From the NCBI GenBank assembly GCA_964617815.1, contig CAZTXY010000001.1, positions 67,120 through 131,119 on the forward strand: a stretch of 64,000 nucleotides of DNA, read 5' to 3'. Shown in pieces: positions 19,850-28,014 of this stretch. Numbering within the stretch: the first letter of the stretch is position 1; each line of letters starts with the position of its first letter. The position numbers and the translations under genes were made by a program. Source of the DNA: an uncultured Candidatus Saccharibacteria bacterium (lineage in GTDB: Bacteria; Patescibacteriota; Doudnabacteria; UBA920). The notes under the pieces are model-generated. The model was not told where the DNA came from. It did no database searches and was given only the letters and a program-made list of their open reading frames with translations.

Positions 19850-21307
19850 TTATAATTTAGGATGTTTCTTGTGCCAATCAGTAGCTTGTTGATAGGCATA
19901 ACCCACATTAAAGATTTTCTGTTCGCCCCACTGCGGTCCAATAATCTGCAAACCAACTGGTAAGTCTTCGCTGAATCCACAAGGAACTGACAATGCTGGA
20001 AGGCCTGCGAGGGACCCCGGAATGTTCAGCTGATCTGCAATATAACCAAATAATGGATCCTGCGCCGCATGTCCAAGCTTTGCCGCAACGCTTGGTGTAG
20101 ACGGGCAAGCCAAGACATCAACCTGCTTAAAGACTTCCTCAAACTCATTGATAATCAAACGTCGAACTCTTTGAGCTTTTTTATAATACGCATCATAGTA
20201 ACCAGCACTCAAAACATAGGTGCCTGTCATAATTCTGCGCTTAGCTTCATCACCAAAACCTTCTGCACGAGACTTTTGGTAAACTTCCATCAAATCTTTG
20301 GCTTCGTCAGTAACATGACCGTAACGAATGCCATCGTAGCGCGCCAAGTTAGAGCTAACCTCACTTGGGCAAACAATCGCATAGACTAAGGATCCGTATT
20401 TGGTGTTGGGCAAATCAACTTCAACCAAAGTTGCTCCTTGTTTTTCCAGTTCTTTGATCGCATCCATAACAGCCTGCTTAACGCCTGCTTCCATGCCTTC
20501 TATAAAGTACTGTTTAGGGATACCAACTTTTACTCCTTTTAAGTCTGTGTTTAAATTTTTGAAATAATTTTCTACGTCCCGATGTCCAGTCGTGCCATCT
20601 TTAGGATCCTGTCCAGACATTATTTCTGCAATAATCGCCAAGTCACTAACAGAGTAAGCCACCGCACCAATGCTGTCTAAAGACGAACCCATGGCCGCAA
20701 CCCCGTAACGACTAACTCGGCCGTAGGTTGGTTTCCAGCCAGAAATTCCAGTTAAGCTGGCTGGCTGGCGAATACTGCCACCGGTTTCAGTGGCTAATGC
20801 CCACGGACTAAGTCCCGCACTAACGCTTGCTGCCGAACCACTAGAAGAACCACCAGGCATGCGAGTGGTGTCCCATGGATTTTTTGTCGCGCCATAAGCA
20901 GAAGTTTCTCCGCTCGAGCCATGCGCAAACTGATCAAGATTAGTTTTACCAAGCAAAACTGCTTTTTGTTCTTTAAGTTTGGCGATAACCGTAGCGTCGT
21001 ATGGAGGAATGTAACCTTCTAAAATCTTTGAAGCTGCGGCGGTTTGAATACCTCGAGTCATAAATAAATCTTTTGCAGCAAACGGGATTCCGGTTAGAGG
21101 GAAATTCTCGCCAGGACTTGCGATAAATTCATCTGCTTCTTTAGCCTGCTCCAAAGCTTCTTTTTCTGTCACTGTAATAAAACTGTTTAACTTTGGATCA
21201 AGTTCTTTTATGCGTGCCAAAAAATACTTCGTCAATTCTTGTGACGAAACTTTTTTCTCATCAAGAAGTTTGCGTAATTCAGTTAATTCAAGAAATTCGT
21301 AATTCAT
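19850..21307 (-). CDS. gatA: Glu-tRNA(Gln) amidotransferase subunit A
   Basis: Amidase signature GGSSSGSAA. Confidence 0.95.
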   Translation of the reverse strand: MNYEFLELTELRKLLDEKKVSSQELTKYFLARIKELDPKLNSFITVTEKEALEQAKEADEFIASPGENFPLTGIPFAAKDLFMTRGIQTAAASKILEGYIPPYDATVIAKLKEQKAVLLGKTNLDQFAHGSSGETSAYGATKNPWDTTRMPGGSSSGSAASVSAGLSPWALATETGGSIRQPASLTGISGWKPTYGRVSRYGVAAMGSSLDSIGAVAYSVSDLAIIAEIMSGQDPKDGTTGHRDVENYFKNLNTDLKGVKVGIPKQYFIEGMEAGVKQAVMDAIKELEKQGATLVEVDLPNTKYGSLVYAIVCPSEVSSNLARYDGIRYGHVTDEAKDLMEVYQKSRAEGFGDEAKRRIMTGTYVLSAGYYDAYYKKAQRVRRLIINEFEEVFKQVDVLACPSTPSVAAKLGHAAQDPLFGYIADQLNIPGSLAGLPALSVPCGFSEDLPVGLQIIGPQWGEQKIFNVGYAYQQATDWHKKHPKL

Positions 21308-21317
21308 GTCTGTGCAA

Positions 21318-21348
21318 CTAGTACTGAGTACTAAGTACTTAGTACTTG
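21318..21348. repeat. tandem heptamer array AGTACTN x4
   Basis: Reads ctagtactg agtacta agtactt agtactt gg. It lies between the gatA start and the gatC stop. Confidence 0.7.
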
Positions 21349-21352
21349 GGAT

Positions 21353-21634
21353 TTATAATATCGCTTTAACTTTATAATACCCATCTTTAATTTCCGGCGC
21401 ACTCTTTAAAATCTCATCGCGATTATTGGCAGAGCCCACCACATCTGGACGCTGAACATTTTCAAGCCCTGTGACTGAAGCGACAATTTCTAAGCCTTCA
21501 GTGTCAACTTTTTTTAACTCTTCGACATAGTCTAAAACAGCAGATAAGTCTTTTTGAAACTTTTCCACTTCTCCCTCGCGAAGTTCTATCCGCGCAAGCT
21601 TTGCAATTTTTTGGACTTCTTCTGTCGATAACAT
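21353..21634 (-). CDS. gatC: Asp/Glu-tRNA amidotransferase subunit C
   Basis: Start trimmed to MLSTEEVQKIAKLARIEL. Confidence 0.85.
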   Translation of the reverse strand: MLSTEEVQKIAKLARIELREGEVEKFQKDLSAVLDYVEELKKVDTEGLEIVASVTGLENVQRPDVVGSANNRDEILKSAPEIKDGYYKVKAIL

Positions 21635-21654
21635 GGACAAAGTATAACAAATTG

Positions 21655-21695
21655 CTGGAAAAATCAAAAGCCCCCCATTTGGAACTTGGAGGGCT
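21655..21695 (-). terminator. Rho-independent terminator after ORF 21715..22236
   Basis: Stem agccctcc/ggggggct followed by tttgattttt on the minus strand. Confidence 0.55.
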
Positions 21696-21714
21696 TTAAA
21701 TTAATCAGCTCAAT

Positions 21715-22236
21715 CTATTTTGTTTCAGCACTAGGTGCTTCTTGGGTTACAGAGACATTAATCTCAATTGTACTTACTGTTTCTGACTTGTTCATCACTA
21801 TTGTAATTTGAGAGTCGCCTTTGCTTGCAACCAAAATTTTGCGAGTAGCTTCATTTATATCATTTTCAATTGACCATGAAGCTTTCTTAAAGTAATCCTT
21901 ATATATTTTATAATTCTCGTCTAAAGTTTTTTTGGTTTCAAAAACTCGTGTTGACTGCATCACTCCACTAACAGTAGTGGCATTGTAATTTTGTGTAACT
22001 TTTGCTCCCGACTCAAGTGGTAAATCGGTTGGAAACTTTTCTGGGAGTTTGCTTGACTCGACAGCAGTTTGGCTTACCTGAATTTTTGGCGTTTGGTTAT
22101 TTACCGACTTCCCACCAACATCCACCTTGTCACTATTTTTATAAAACTTATTAAAAGCCAACGCCCCGCCTGCTAAAATAACCATAAAGATTATCAACCA
22201 AACGAATTTTTTTGTTTGGGGTGATTGTTCGAGCAT
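21715..22236 (-). CDS. hypothetical membrane-anchored secreted protein
   Basis: 173 aa with an N-terminal TM helix. Confidence 0.5.
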   Translation of the reverse strand: MLEQSPQTKKFVWLIIFMVILAGGALAFNKFYKNSDKVDVGGKSVNNQTPKIQVSQTAVESSKLPEKFPTDLPLESGAKVTQNYNATTVSGVMQSTRVFETKKTLDENYKIYKDYFKKASWSIENDINEATRKILVASKGDSQITIVMNKSETVSTIEINVSVTQEAPSAETK

Positions 22237-22304
22237 ATTAATCTCCTTATTAAATGAACTTTTGTTTCTTAATTTTGTAAAACTTTATAAATAATTATAA
22301 CACC

Positions 22305-22358
22305 TTTATCAAAAATATCCAAAAATCAAAGGAGGGAGTCGTTTCAAACGACTCCCTC
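22305..22358 (-). terminator. Rho-independent terminator ending the high-GC two-gene unit
   Basis: 10-bp perfect stem gagggagtcg/cgactccctc followed by a T-rich run on the minus strand. Confidence 0.7.
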
Positions 22359-22447
22359 ACAGGTTCTGTAGTCCCTACCTAAGACAGGCAGACACCGGTT
22401 GCTGCACAGATCCTTCCTGTCAGTAGAATGATCATGCAAATCCTCCT

Positions 22448-22633
22448 TCATGAATTTGTTACTCCACCCACGGCACCACTGACCTTGGGTGTGTGATGAT
22501 GATTTACTCCCCCTCTGGGAAGCCTTCTTGATGCAAGCTTCTGCATCTGTTCTTCGAGCCGTCTACGTGCTTCCTTGCTGCCGTTTTTCTTTGCAACAGC
22601 TCGAGCCACGTTCTTCCCCCTCTTAATGTTCAT
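22448..22633 (-). CDS. small basic protein (61 aa), high-GC
   Basis: GGGGGG 4 nt upstream of the ATG. Arg/Lys-rich. It directly follows the Cys-rich ORF. Confidence 0.4.
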   Translation of the reverse strand: MNIKRGKNVARAVAKKNGSKEARRRLEEQMQKLASRRLPRGGVNHHHTPKVSGAVGGVTNS

Positions 22634-22642
22634 ACGGCCCCC

Positions 22643-23113
22643 CTAGTTGCGGACAAAGTACGACCGAGCCGAGCACCTCGGACCCGTAGAATCGAATGTC
22701 TCCTTTGGCGATGTGCTCGAGGACTTCGGTGAGACCTCAACTCGCCTGGTGTATGTCCCATTCTTGAAATCATCAGGAGTGAGTGCGCCGCTGTCGCGTG
22801 CAGCTTTGAATTCCGTGCAGTCGAAGGCCAAAAGCGTCTCCCTAGCCCCTCGAATCCCGCAAGCCGGGCACTGGTGACGATGCCTTCGCGCTGAGATCGT
22901 CTCCTGGTGACTGCCTATTTCCTTGCTTCTCGTCTCGCACTCATTCTCGCAAAAATGAGTCGCCAGAAATCCGAATGATCCGAAGACTTTACAGTCTTCG
23001 CATCGAAAACCCCAAGCATTGACGTGACAGTTACCATGGCTGGCAACACGAAATGGTATTGAATTACGCATTGGGCGTGCGCCAGTCGACTCGCTCGCAG
23101 TTCCTGATGACAT
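22643..23113 (-). CDS. Cys-rich zinc-finger-like protein, high-GC
   Basis: CxxC pairs at CEDC, CENEC and CPAC. AGGAGG sits immediately upstream of the ATG. Confidence 0.5.
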   Translation of the reverse strand: MSSGTASESTGARPMRNSIPFRVASHGNCHVNAWGFRCEDCKVFGSFGFLATHFCENECETRSKEIGSHQETISARRHRHQCPACGIRGARETLLAFDCTEFKAARDSGALTPDDFKNGTYTRRVEVSPKSSSTSPKETFDSTGPRCSARSYFVRN

Positions 23114-23164
23114 TCCATCTCCTCCTGCTGAAAATAGAATCCACGCCGTCTTTGACCCACAAAA

Positions 23165-23207
23165 TGTCGGACAAAAGAAAACTCGCTACTTTTTGAAGTA
23201 GCGAGTT
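23165..23207 (-). promoter_or_regulatory. terminator-like hairpin in the 5' leader of the Cys-rich gene (possible attenuator)
   Basis: 11-bp stem aactcgctact/agtagcgagtt. On the minus strand it is followed by tttcttttg, 52 nt before the ATG. Confidence 0.4.
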
Positions 23208-23418
23208 AACCTTTGTACAAAATTCTGCGTTTATATCAGTACGAGGTTGCTACTTCATTTTCCCAAAACTTAATGACACCAACAATGGAGGCCATTGCTA
23301 GAGTAGTGTAAGTAATTTGGTTACGATGAGTAGCTATATTCATATTTGTAAATCAAAATAAGCTTAAACAAAGTCCAAACATCTGTCAAATAATTTATCC
23401 ACAGCCTTAAACTACTAA

Positions 23419-23548
23419 CTAGTTCCGCCAGCCGGCGAATAGTGACTAGTGACAAGGATTTTGCTATAATAAATCCATATTAATATGTTCTGCGTGCTTT
23501 GTATCTTTACTTGGCTACTTGGAACTGTCCGCCGGCTGGCGGAACTAG
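23419..23548. repeat. 130-bp element with perfect 19-bp terminal inverted repeats; contains the lemA promoter
   Basis: ctagttccgccagccggcg at 23419-23437 is the reverse complement of cgccggctggcggaactag at 23530-23548. The extended -10 tgctataat is inside the loop. Confidence 0.85.
23462..23470 (+). promoter_or_regulatory. extended -10 (TGnTATAAT) promoter for lemA-htpX
   Basis: tgctataat lies 89 nt upstream of the lemA ATG. Confidence 0.5.
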
Positions 23549-23558
23549 GAACTAAAAT

Positions 23559-24104
23559 ATGATTTTCATCTATATTATCGGAGCTTTGGCTATCATTGCC
23601 ATCGTGCTCTACAACTCACTTATCAAAAGCCGTAACCGCGTTGATGAAGCTTGGAGCGATATTGAAGTCCAGCTCAAACGTCGCTATGACCTCATCCCCA
23701 ACTTAGTTGAAACAGTTAAAGGTTACGCTAAGCAAGAAAGTTCTGTCCTTGAGAACGTCACACGTGCTCGTTCTGCTGCTATGGGTGCTGGTTCTATGGA
23801 AGAAAAACTTAAAGATGAAAACCAGCTTTCTGGGGCGTTAAAAAGCCTGTTTGCAGTTGCTGAAAGTTATCCTGACTTGAAATCAAACCAAAACTTTATG
23901 CAAATGCAAAGCGATCTCACCGACACTGAAGATAAAATTCAAGCTAGCCGTCGCTTCTACAACGGCACTGTTCGTGACTTTAATACTAAACTTCAAGTCT
24001 TCCCAACTAATATTTTTGGAAGCATGATGGGTTTTAAAGTTCGCGAATTCTTCGATATCGACGAGAAAGGCCCAGAAGGCCAAAACGTCAAAGTCCAGTT
24101 TTAG
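23559..24104 (+). CDS. lemA: LemA family protein
   Basis: N-terminal TM helix plus a conserved LemA domain. Confidence 0.85.
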   Translation: MIFIYIIGALAIIAIVLYNSLIKSRNRVDEAWSDIEVQLKRRYDLIPNLVETVKGYAKQESSVLENVTRARSAAMGAGSMEEKLKDENQLSGALKSLFAVAESYPDLKSNQNFMQMQSDLTDTEDKIQASRRFYNGTVRDFNTKLQVFPTNIFGSMMGFKVREFFDIDEKGPEGQNVKVQF

Positions 24105-24193
24105 AAAAACTGAATTAAGAAGTAAGAATAAAGGATTATGAATTTATTACAATATCATAATTCATACTTCATCATTCCTAATCTTTCTCACTT

Positions 24194-25096
24194 ATGATCA
24201 CCTACAGCGAAATTGCCAAAAATAAACGCGAGTCAATTTACTTAATTTTTGGCTTTCTGATTGTAATTTCTGCACTCGGCTGGGTTTTCGCGCAAGTTTA
24301 CGATAATCCATTCATCCTTATCGGCGCTGTGGCCTTTAGCTTTGTAAGCGCCTTCATTTCCTACTTCTTTTCAGACTCAATCACCCTAACCCTTTCCAAA
24401 GCCAAGGAAGTTTCTAGGCAAAGCGCCCCAGAACTGTTTCGACTTGTTGAAAACTTAACCATTAGCGCAGGTCTGCCACTTCCGCGAATTTATATTATAG
24501 AAGACAGTGCCCCCAATGCATTTGCCACTGGCCGTGACCCAAAGCACGCCGTGGTTTGTGTAACCACAGGAATTTTACAAAAACTTGAAAAAACTGAACT
24601 TGAAGGGGTGCTAGCCCATGAACTTTCACATATTGGAAACTACGACATTCGGGTAATGACACTTGTAGTTGTACTAGTTGGAACTCTGACACTAATGTCT
24701 GACTGGTTTTTGCGCGCCTCTTTTTTTGGTGGCAAACGAAGTCGCGACGACAAAGGTTTAGGACAATACTTAGGATTAATTGGTTTAATCCTCGCACTAC
24801 TCTCTCCTATAATAGCAACCTTAATTAAACTGGCTGTTAGTCGAAAAAGAGAATATTTAGCCGACGCCAGTGGTGCTCTACTTACTCGCTACCCCGAAGG
24901 CTTAGCACGCGCTTTAGAAAAAATTGGAAATGACCAAGAACCACTGGAAGTTGCCAACAAAGCCACTGCACATTTATATATTATCAATCCGCTCAAAGCC
25001 CACAGTGCTGACAGCACTGGCTGGTTTGCGGGATTGTTTAACACTCACCCACCTCTTGCCGACCGCATAAAAAAACTTCGCGAAATGAATTTATAA
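24194..25096 (+). CDS. htpX: zinc metalloprotease HtpX (M48)
   Basis: HELSH zinc motif and 4 TM helices. Confidence 0.9.
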   Translation: MITYSEIAKNKRESIYLIFGFLIVISALGWVFAQVYDNPFILIGAVAFSFVSAFISYFFSDSITLTLSKAKEVSRQSAPELFRLVENLTISAGLPLPRIYIIEDSAPNAFATGRDPKHAVVCVTTGILQKLEKTELEGVLAHELSHIGNYDIRVMTLVVVLVGTLTLMSDWFLRASFFGGKRSRDDKGLGQYLGLIGLILALLSPIIATLIKLAVSRKREYLADASGALLTRYPEGLARALEKIGNDQEPLEVANKATAHLYIINPLKAHSADSTGWFAGLFNTHPPLADRIKKLREMNL

Positions 25097-25103
25097 AAAT
25101 GTA

Positions 25104-25135
25104 GAGGCCGTCCCGAAGTGAATCGGGACGGCCTC
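25104..25135. terminator. bidirectional terminator hairpin between htpX (+) and the paralog-1 gene (-)
   Basis: 13-bp perfect stem gaggccgtcccga/tcgggacggcctc. Confidence 0.65.
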
Positions 25136-25149
25136 ATTGCTGGAAAGCG

Positions 25150-25710
25150 CTATTCTGCACTCTCCGGTTTCGCCAGTTGCCGCGCGTTGTACTCGTCCAC
25201 ACAGCGATCGAAGAACTCATCTGCCCTCTCTGGGCCCGAATGAAAATCTGAAAAGCTGAACTGCCCAGCGCAAATGATCTCTAGGTGCTCATGAGATTTT
25301 ACGGTAAGACGCGAAGGACTGAGAGTCCCCGAAGCCATCTCGTCGTAAATCTTCTTGCCTTTGGCAAACAGCTCCTCACGCTGGAGTACACGAACGTGCC
25401 TTTGCATATGCCAAAGGTACGACCGATACCTTTCACGGATAACTCGCTCAACGCGGACTTCCCCCTCGCTCCAGTGAGTGGGAATTTTCGGCATTGAGTC
25501 AAGAGCGATCTCAAAGCCCTTTGCGATCTCGGCCCAGAAAGCCACACTCTCTGATTCCGGATGGAACCCTTTGCTCACAAGCGCCGCAACCATATAAACG
25601 TAAGGGTCAGTCCGACGCTCAAAGTTTATGGTCATAAGTTTGAAAGTCACAAACCAAGTCGCGAAGGCTGTGACTCCGATAATCAAAAAAACGCTGCCAA
25701 TCTCAAACAT
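25150..25710 (-). CDS. membrane-anchored protein of unknown function, paralog 1
   Basis: Start trimmed to MFEIGSV, with GGAGG 8 nt upstream. It has an N-terminal TM helix. It is about 40% identical to the protein at 27373..27951, sharing GFHPE and YxEMASGTLxPSxL. Confidence 0.7.
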   Translation of the reverse strand: MFEIGSVFLIIGVTAFATWFVTFKLMTINFERRTDPYVYMVAALVSKGFHPESESVAFWAEIAKGFEIALDSMPKIPTHWSEGEVRVERVIRERYRSYLWHMQRHVRVLQREELFAKGKKIYDEMASGTLSPSRLTVKSHEHLEIICAGQFSFSDFHSGPERADEFFDRCVDEYNARQLAKPESAE

Positions 25711-25716
25711 GGCGAA

Positions 25717-25738
25717 TTCCTCCGGCTGAAATGTCGAC
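25717..25738 (-). promoter_or_regulatory. conserved 22-nt 5' leader including the SD (copy 1)
   Basis: ttcctccggctgaaatgtcgac is identical to 27959-27980. Confidence 0.7.
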
Positions 25739-25743
25739 GCCCT

Positions 25744-25772
25744 AGTATAGTTATTCTTGCAATCCGAGTCAA
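25744..25772 (-). promoter_or_regulatory. sigma70-type promoter TTGACT-17-TATACT for paralog 1
   Basis: On the minus strand, ttgact then 17 nt then tatact. Confidence 0.7.
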
Positions 25773-25788
25773 TGCCTAACTTTGTAAT

Positions 25789-25837
25789 ATAAAAAAATCG
25801 AGGGGCAGACAAAACGCGAAAGCGTTCGCCTGCCCCT
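25789..25837 (-). terminator. Rho-independent terminator after purC
   Basis: GC-rich stem ggggcag...ctgcccc followed by ttttttt on the minus strand. Confidence 0.7.
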
Positions 25838-25842
25838 TTGCC

Positions 25843-26691
25843 TTACCGAATTGGATGTTTGAAAGCAAACCGACTGGTTTGCTCAGCGACCCAAGCATAG
25901 TTCTCCGCCAGCTTTTCCAAGTCACCGTCAGTGACCTTGGCCAAATCGCGGTAGACTTGCTTGTCTTTGAATTCTTGCTCATCGCGGAAGCGAATCCGCC
26001 AGGAGTCGTTGGTGATGTCGTCGGCAACCAGGATCTTCCCTGTAGCCGAATCGTACCCACACTCGATCTTCATGTCCCACAGGACAATTTCGAGTTCGTA
26101 CAACGCCACCTCCAGAATGCAAAACACGGCGATGGCAAGGTTGCCCAACTTCTGGACGTCATCGGCCGAAACAGTTCGGCCGCCGCGAGTCACAATTGCC
26201 GGAAGTTCACAGAGGAATCCTTGTTCCAAAGGCTTCGAAGCCACGTACATGTCCCAAGTTTGAGACACGTAGTCGTAGACGACCATCGGATCGTGATTAG
26301 CGTCATCCTTGAGGTAAAACTCAGGAGTCAATACTTCAAAGCGAGTGCCTTGAGCAACGTCGGGGTGGCGTTTGCAGTGCGACCCCGTAGCCAACCGCCG
26401 AATCACAATCTCAGCGGGGATCATGTCAACGCGATGCGCAATCATCCCCGTCAATCCAAACTCCCGAATGAAGTGAGTCGGCACACCGTGGTCGTTGAGA
26501 TGCCCCAAACAGTTCATGCTCGTTTGGTTGCACCACACGCCCTTCCCAGGCAAGGTATCGTGCCGAGCGCCGTCACCAGCGGTGATGTCATCTTTCTGGA
26601 AGATGACGACTCTGTTCGGATTTTCTGAAGTTCGGACCACTTTGGTCTTTCCTTCAATGAGAATCCTGCTCTTGTTCATCAAGTCATCCAT
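25843..26691 (-). CDS. purC: phosphoribosylaminoimidazole-succinocarboxamide (SAICAR) synthase
   Basis: LIEGKTKVV, GVPTHFI and KDDANHDPMV align with E. coli PurC. The start is MDDLMNK, with GGAGGG upstream. High-GC. Confidence 0.9.
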   Translation of the reverse strand: MDDLMNKSRILIEGKTKVVRTSENPNRVVIFQKDDITAGDGARHDTLPGKGVWCNQTSMNCLGHLNDHGVPTHFIREFGLTGMIAHRVDMIPAEIVIRRLATGSHCKRHPDVAQGTRFEVLTPEFYLKDDANHDPMVVYDYVSQTWDMYVASKPLEQGFLCELPAIVTRGGRTVSADDVQKLGNLAIAVFCILEVALYELEIVLWDMKIECGYDSATGKILVADDITNDSWRIRFRDEQEFKDKQVYRDLAKVTDGDLEKLAENYAWVAEQTSRFAFKHPIR

Positions 26692-27214
26692 CTTGCTTCC
26701 CTCCGTTTGAACTTTGAACCCCCACTTGCACTGACTTCCGATGAGTTTCGGAATATGTGAGAAGGTTACTGCTAACTGCTGGGTCCACCAGACCAACAGC
26801 AGTGCAAGCTGCTAAGCCGGCGTTGTGCAGTCCAGCTGAGTCAAGACCCAGCACGCAAACTGGCACACCTGGCGGCATTCGGACCATCGAAAGAAGTGAA
26901 TCCATGCCAGAAAGAATGTCAGCGCTTAGCGCCACACCAAAAACCTGCGCTCGGTTTGAAACATGCGAAGCAATTGCTCCGGGTAAGGCCGCCGCCATTC
27001 CAGCAACAGCAATAAACACGACCGTACCAGTCTGGAGCTTGTGCTCGCAGTACTGGCGCAAATCTTCGGGATTGCGGTGAGCGGAAATGATCGAAAGTTC
27101 CCAAGTGACTCCAACCCCGTTGAGGATTGGAAACAACTGAGACAATTTTACCATCTCCAAATCACTTGCACTCCCCAAAACAACAACCACGCTATGGCAA
27201 GCATCCAGAGACAC
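26684..27214 (-). CDS. purE: PurE-family mutase/carboxylase (N5-CAIR mutase or AIR carboxylase)
   Basis: VVVLGSASD, SAHRNP and AGMAAALPG align with PurE. The GTG start has AAGGAGG 5 nt upstream. Its TGA overlaps the purC ATG in ATGGATGA. Confidence 0.85.
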   Translation of the reverse strand: MSLDACHSVVVVLGSASDLEMVKLSQLFPILNGVGVTWELSIISAHRNPEDLRQYCEHKLQTGTVVFIAVAGMAAALPGAIASHVSNRAQVFGVALSADILSGMDSLLSMVRMPPGVPVCVLGLDSAGLHNAGLAACTAVGLVDPAVSSNLLTYSETHRKSVQVGVQSSNGGKQDG

Positions 27215-27266
27215 AACGCCCTCCTTGCTTCGCAGAGTTGCTCCTTGGAGCAGTAGAACCTGCCCT

Positions 27267-27295
27267 ATAGTAGAACACTGGCTTAAAAAAGGCAA
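27267..27295 (-). promoter_or_regulatory. candidate promoter TTGCCT-17-TACTAT for purE-purC
   Basis: It sits between the upstream terminator and the purE SD. Confidence 0.5.
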
Positions 27296-27309
27296 GATTC
27301 TCCTTCTTT

Positions 27310-27357
27310 TTTATTAAAAATGAAATGCGGCCGTCTCGATTTCTCGAAACGGCCGCC
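27310..27357 (-). terminator. Rho-independent terminator after paralog 2
   Basis: Stem gcggccgt...acggccgc followed by a T-run on the minus strand. Confidence 0.65.
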
Positions 27358-27372
27358 TAAAACCAAAGCCGA

Positions 27373-27951
27373 CTAGATGTCAGATTCACCCTCGCCCTCA
27401 TCCTCCGCACCGGTGGCTTGACTTGCCAAGTACTTCTCGACGCACTCATCGAAGAACTCAGAAAGCCCTCCCAAGCCAGAATGAACAGCGGAAAAACCGA
27501 AGTTCCCCGCATCCATGGCCCCTGTCAGTTCATTGGACTTTGTTCGCAGTTGGGACGGCTTCAACGTTCCCGAAGCCATCTCGTTGTAAAGACCCGTGGC
27601 CTTTACAAACATTTCCTCGTACCTGAGTAAGCTAATCCGACCCTTCAGTCCATTGAAGTAGAGGCCGTAAACATCACGTGCGTTCTGCTCGGCCAGCCGT
27701 TTCTCCTTAGACCAAGTGTCAGGAATTGGGCGCAAAGAATTGAAAGCCTTGCCAAACCCCTCTGCTTGCTTGGTCCAGAACTCAATGCTCCTCTGCTCGG
27801 GATGAAAGCCACTTGCCACAAGGGCCGAAAGCATGTCCATGCACGGCTTGTGCTTCCCTTGAAAGTGCCACTTGGCAAGTTGCCACGTTGCCATACACAC
27901 CACCATTACAAGAATAGTAGTGACTACTGCGACCTGGTCAGTCTGTAACAT
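27373..27951 (-). CDS. membrane-anchored protein of unknown function, paralog 2
   Basis: 192 aa with an N-terminal TM helix. GGAGG lies 7 nt upstream. It is the paralog of 25150..25710. Confidence 0.7.
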   Translation of the reverse strand: MLQTDQVAVVTTILVMVVCMATWQLAKWHFQGKHKPCMDMLSALVASGFHPEQRSIEFWTKQAEGFGKAFNSLRPIPDTWSKEKRLAEQNARDVYGLYFNGLKGRISLLRYEEMFVKATGLYNEMASGTLKPSQLRTKSNELTGAMDAGNFGFSAVHSGLGGLSEFFDECVEKYLASQATGAEDEGEGESDI

Positions 27952-27958
27952 CGCTTAT

Positions 27959-27980
27959 TTCCTCCGGCTGAAATGTCGAC
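27959..27980 (-). promoter_or_regulatory. conserved 22-nt 5' leader including the SD (copy 2)
   Basis: Identical to 25717-25738. Confidence 0.7.
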
Positions 27981-27985
27981 CACCA

Positions 27986-28014
27986 AGTATAGTTTAAAAA
28001 AACGCCAAAGTCAA
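27986..28014 (-). promoter_or_regulatory. sigma70-type promoter TTGACT-17-TATACT for paralog 2
   Basis: On the minus strand, ttgact then 17 nt then tatact. It matches the paralog-1 promoter hexamers exactly. Confidence 0.7.

Noticed and set aside
25855-26628. 257-aa plus-strand ORF and other long ORFs overlapping purC/purE (25961..26263, 26757..27080 and others)
   Set aside because: High GC produces long stop-free antisense frames. The minus-strand frames have clear PurC and PurE homology, SDs and coupling.
27214-27295. Upstream ATG start (MPFLSQ...) for purE as given in the ORF track
   Set aside because: PurE homology begins at VVVLGSASD. A GTG with a perfect AAGGAGG lies 5 nt upstream. 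The upstream ATG sits inside the candidate -35/-10 spacer. The GTG start at 27214 is preferred.
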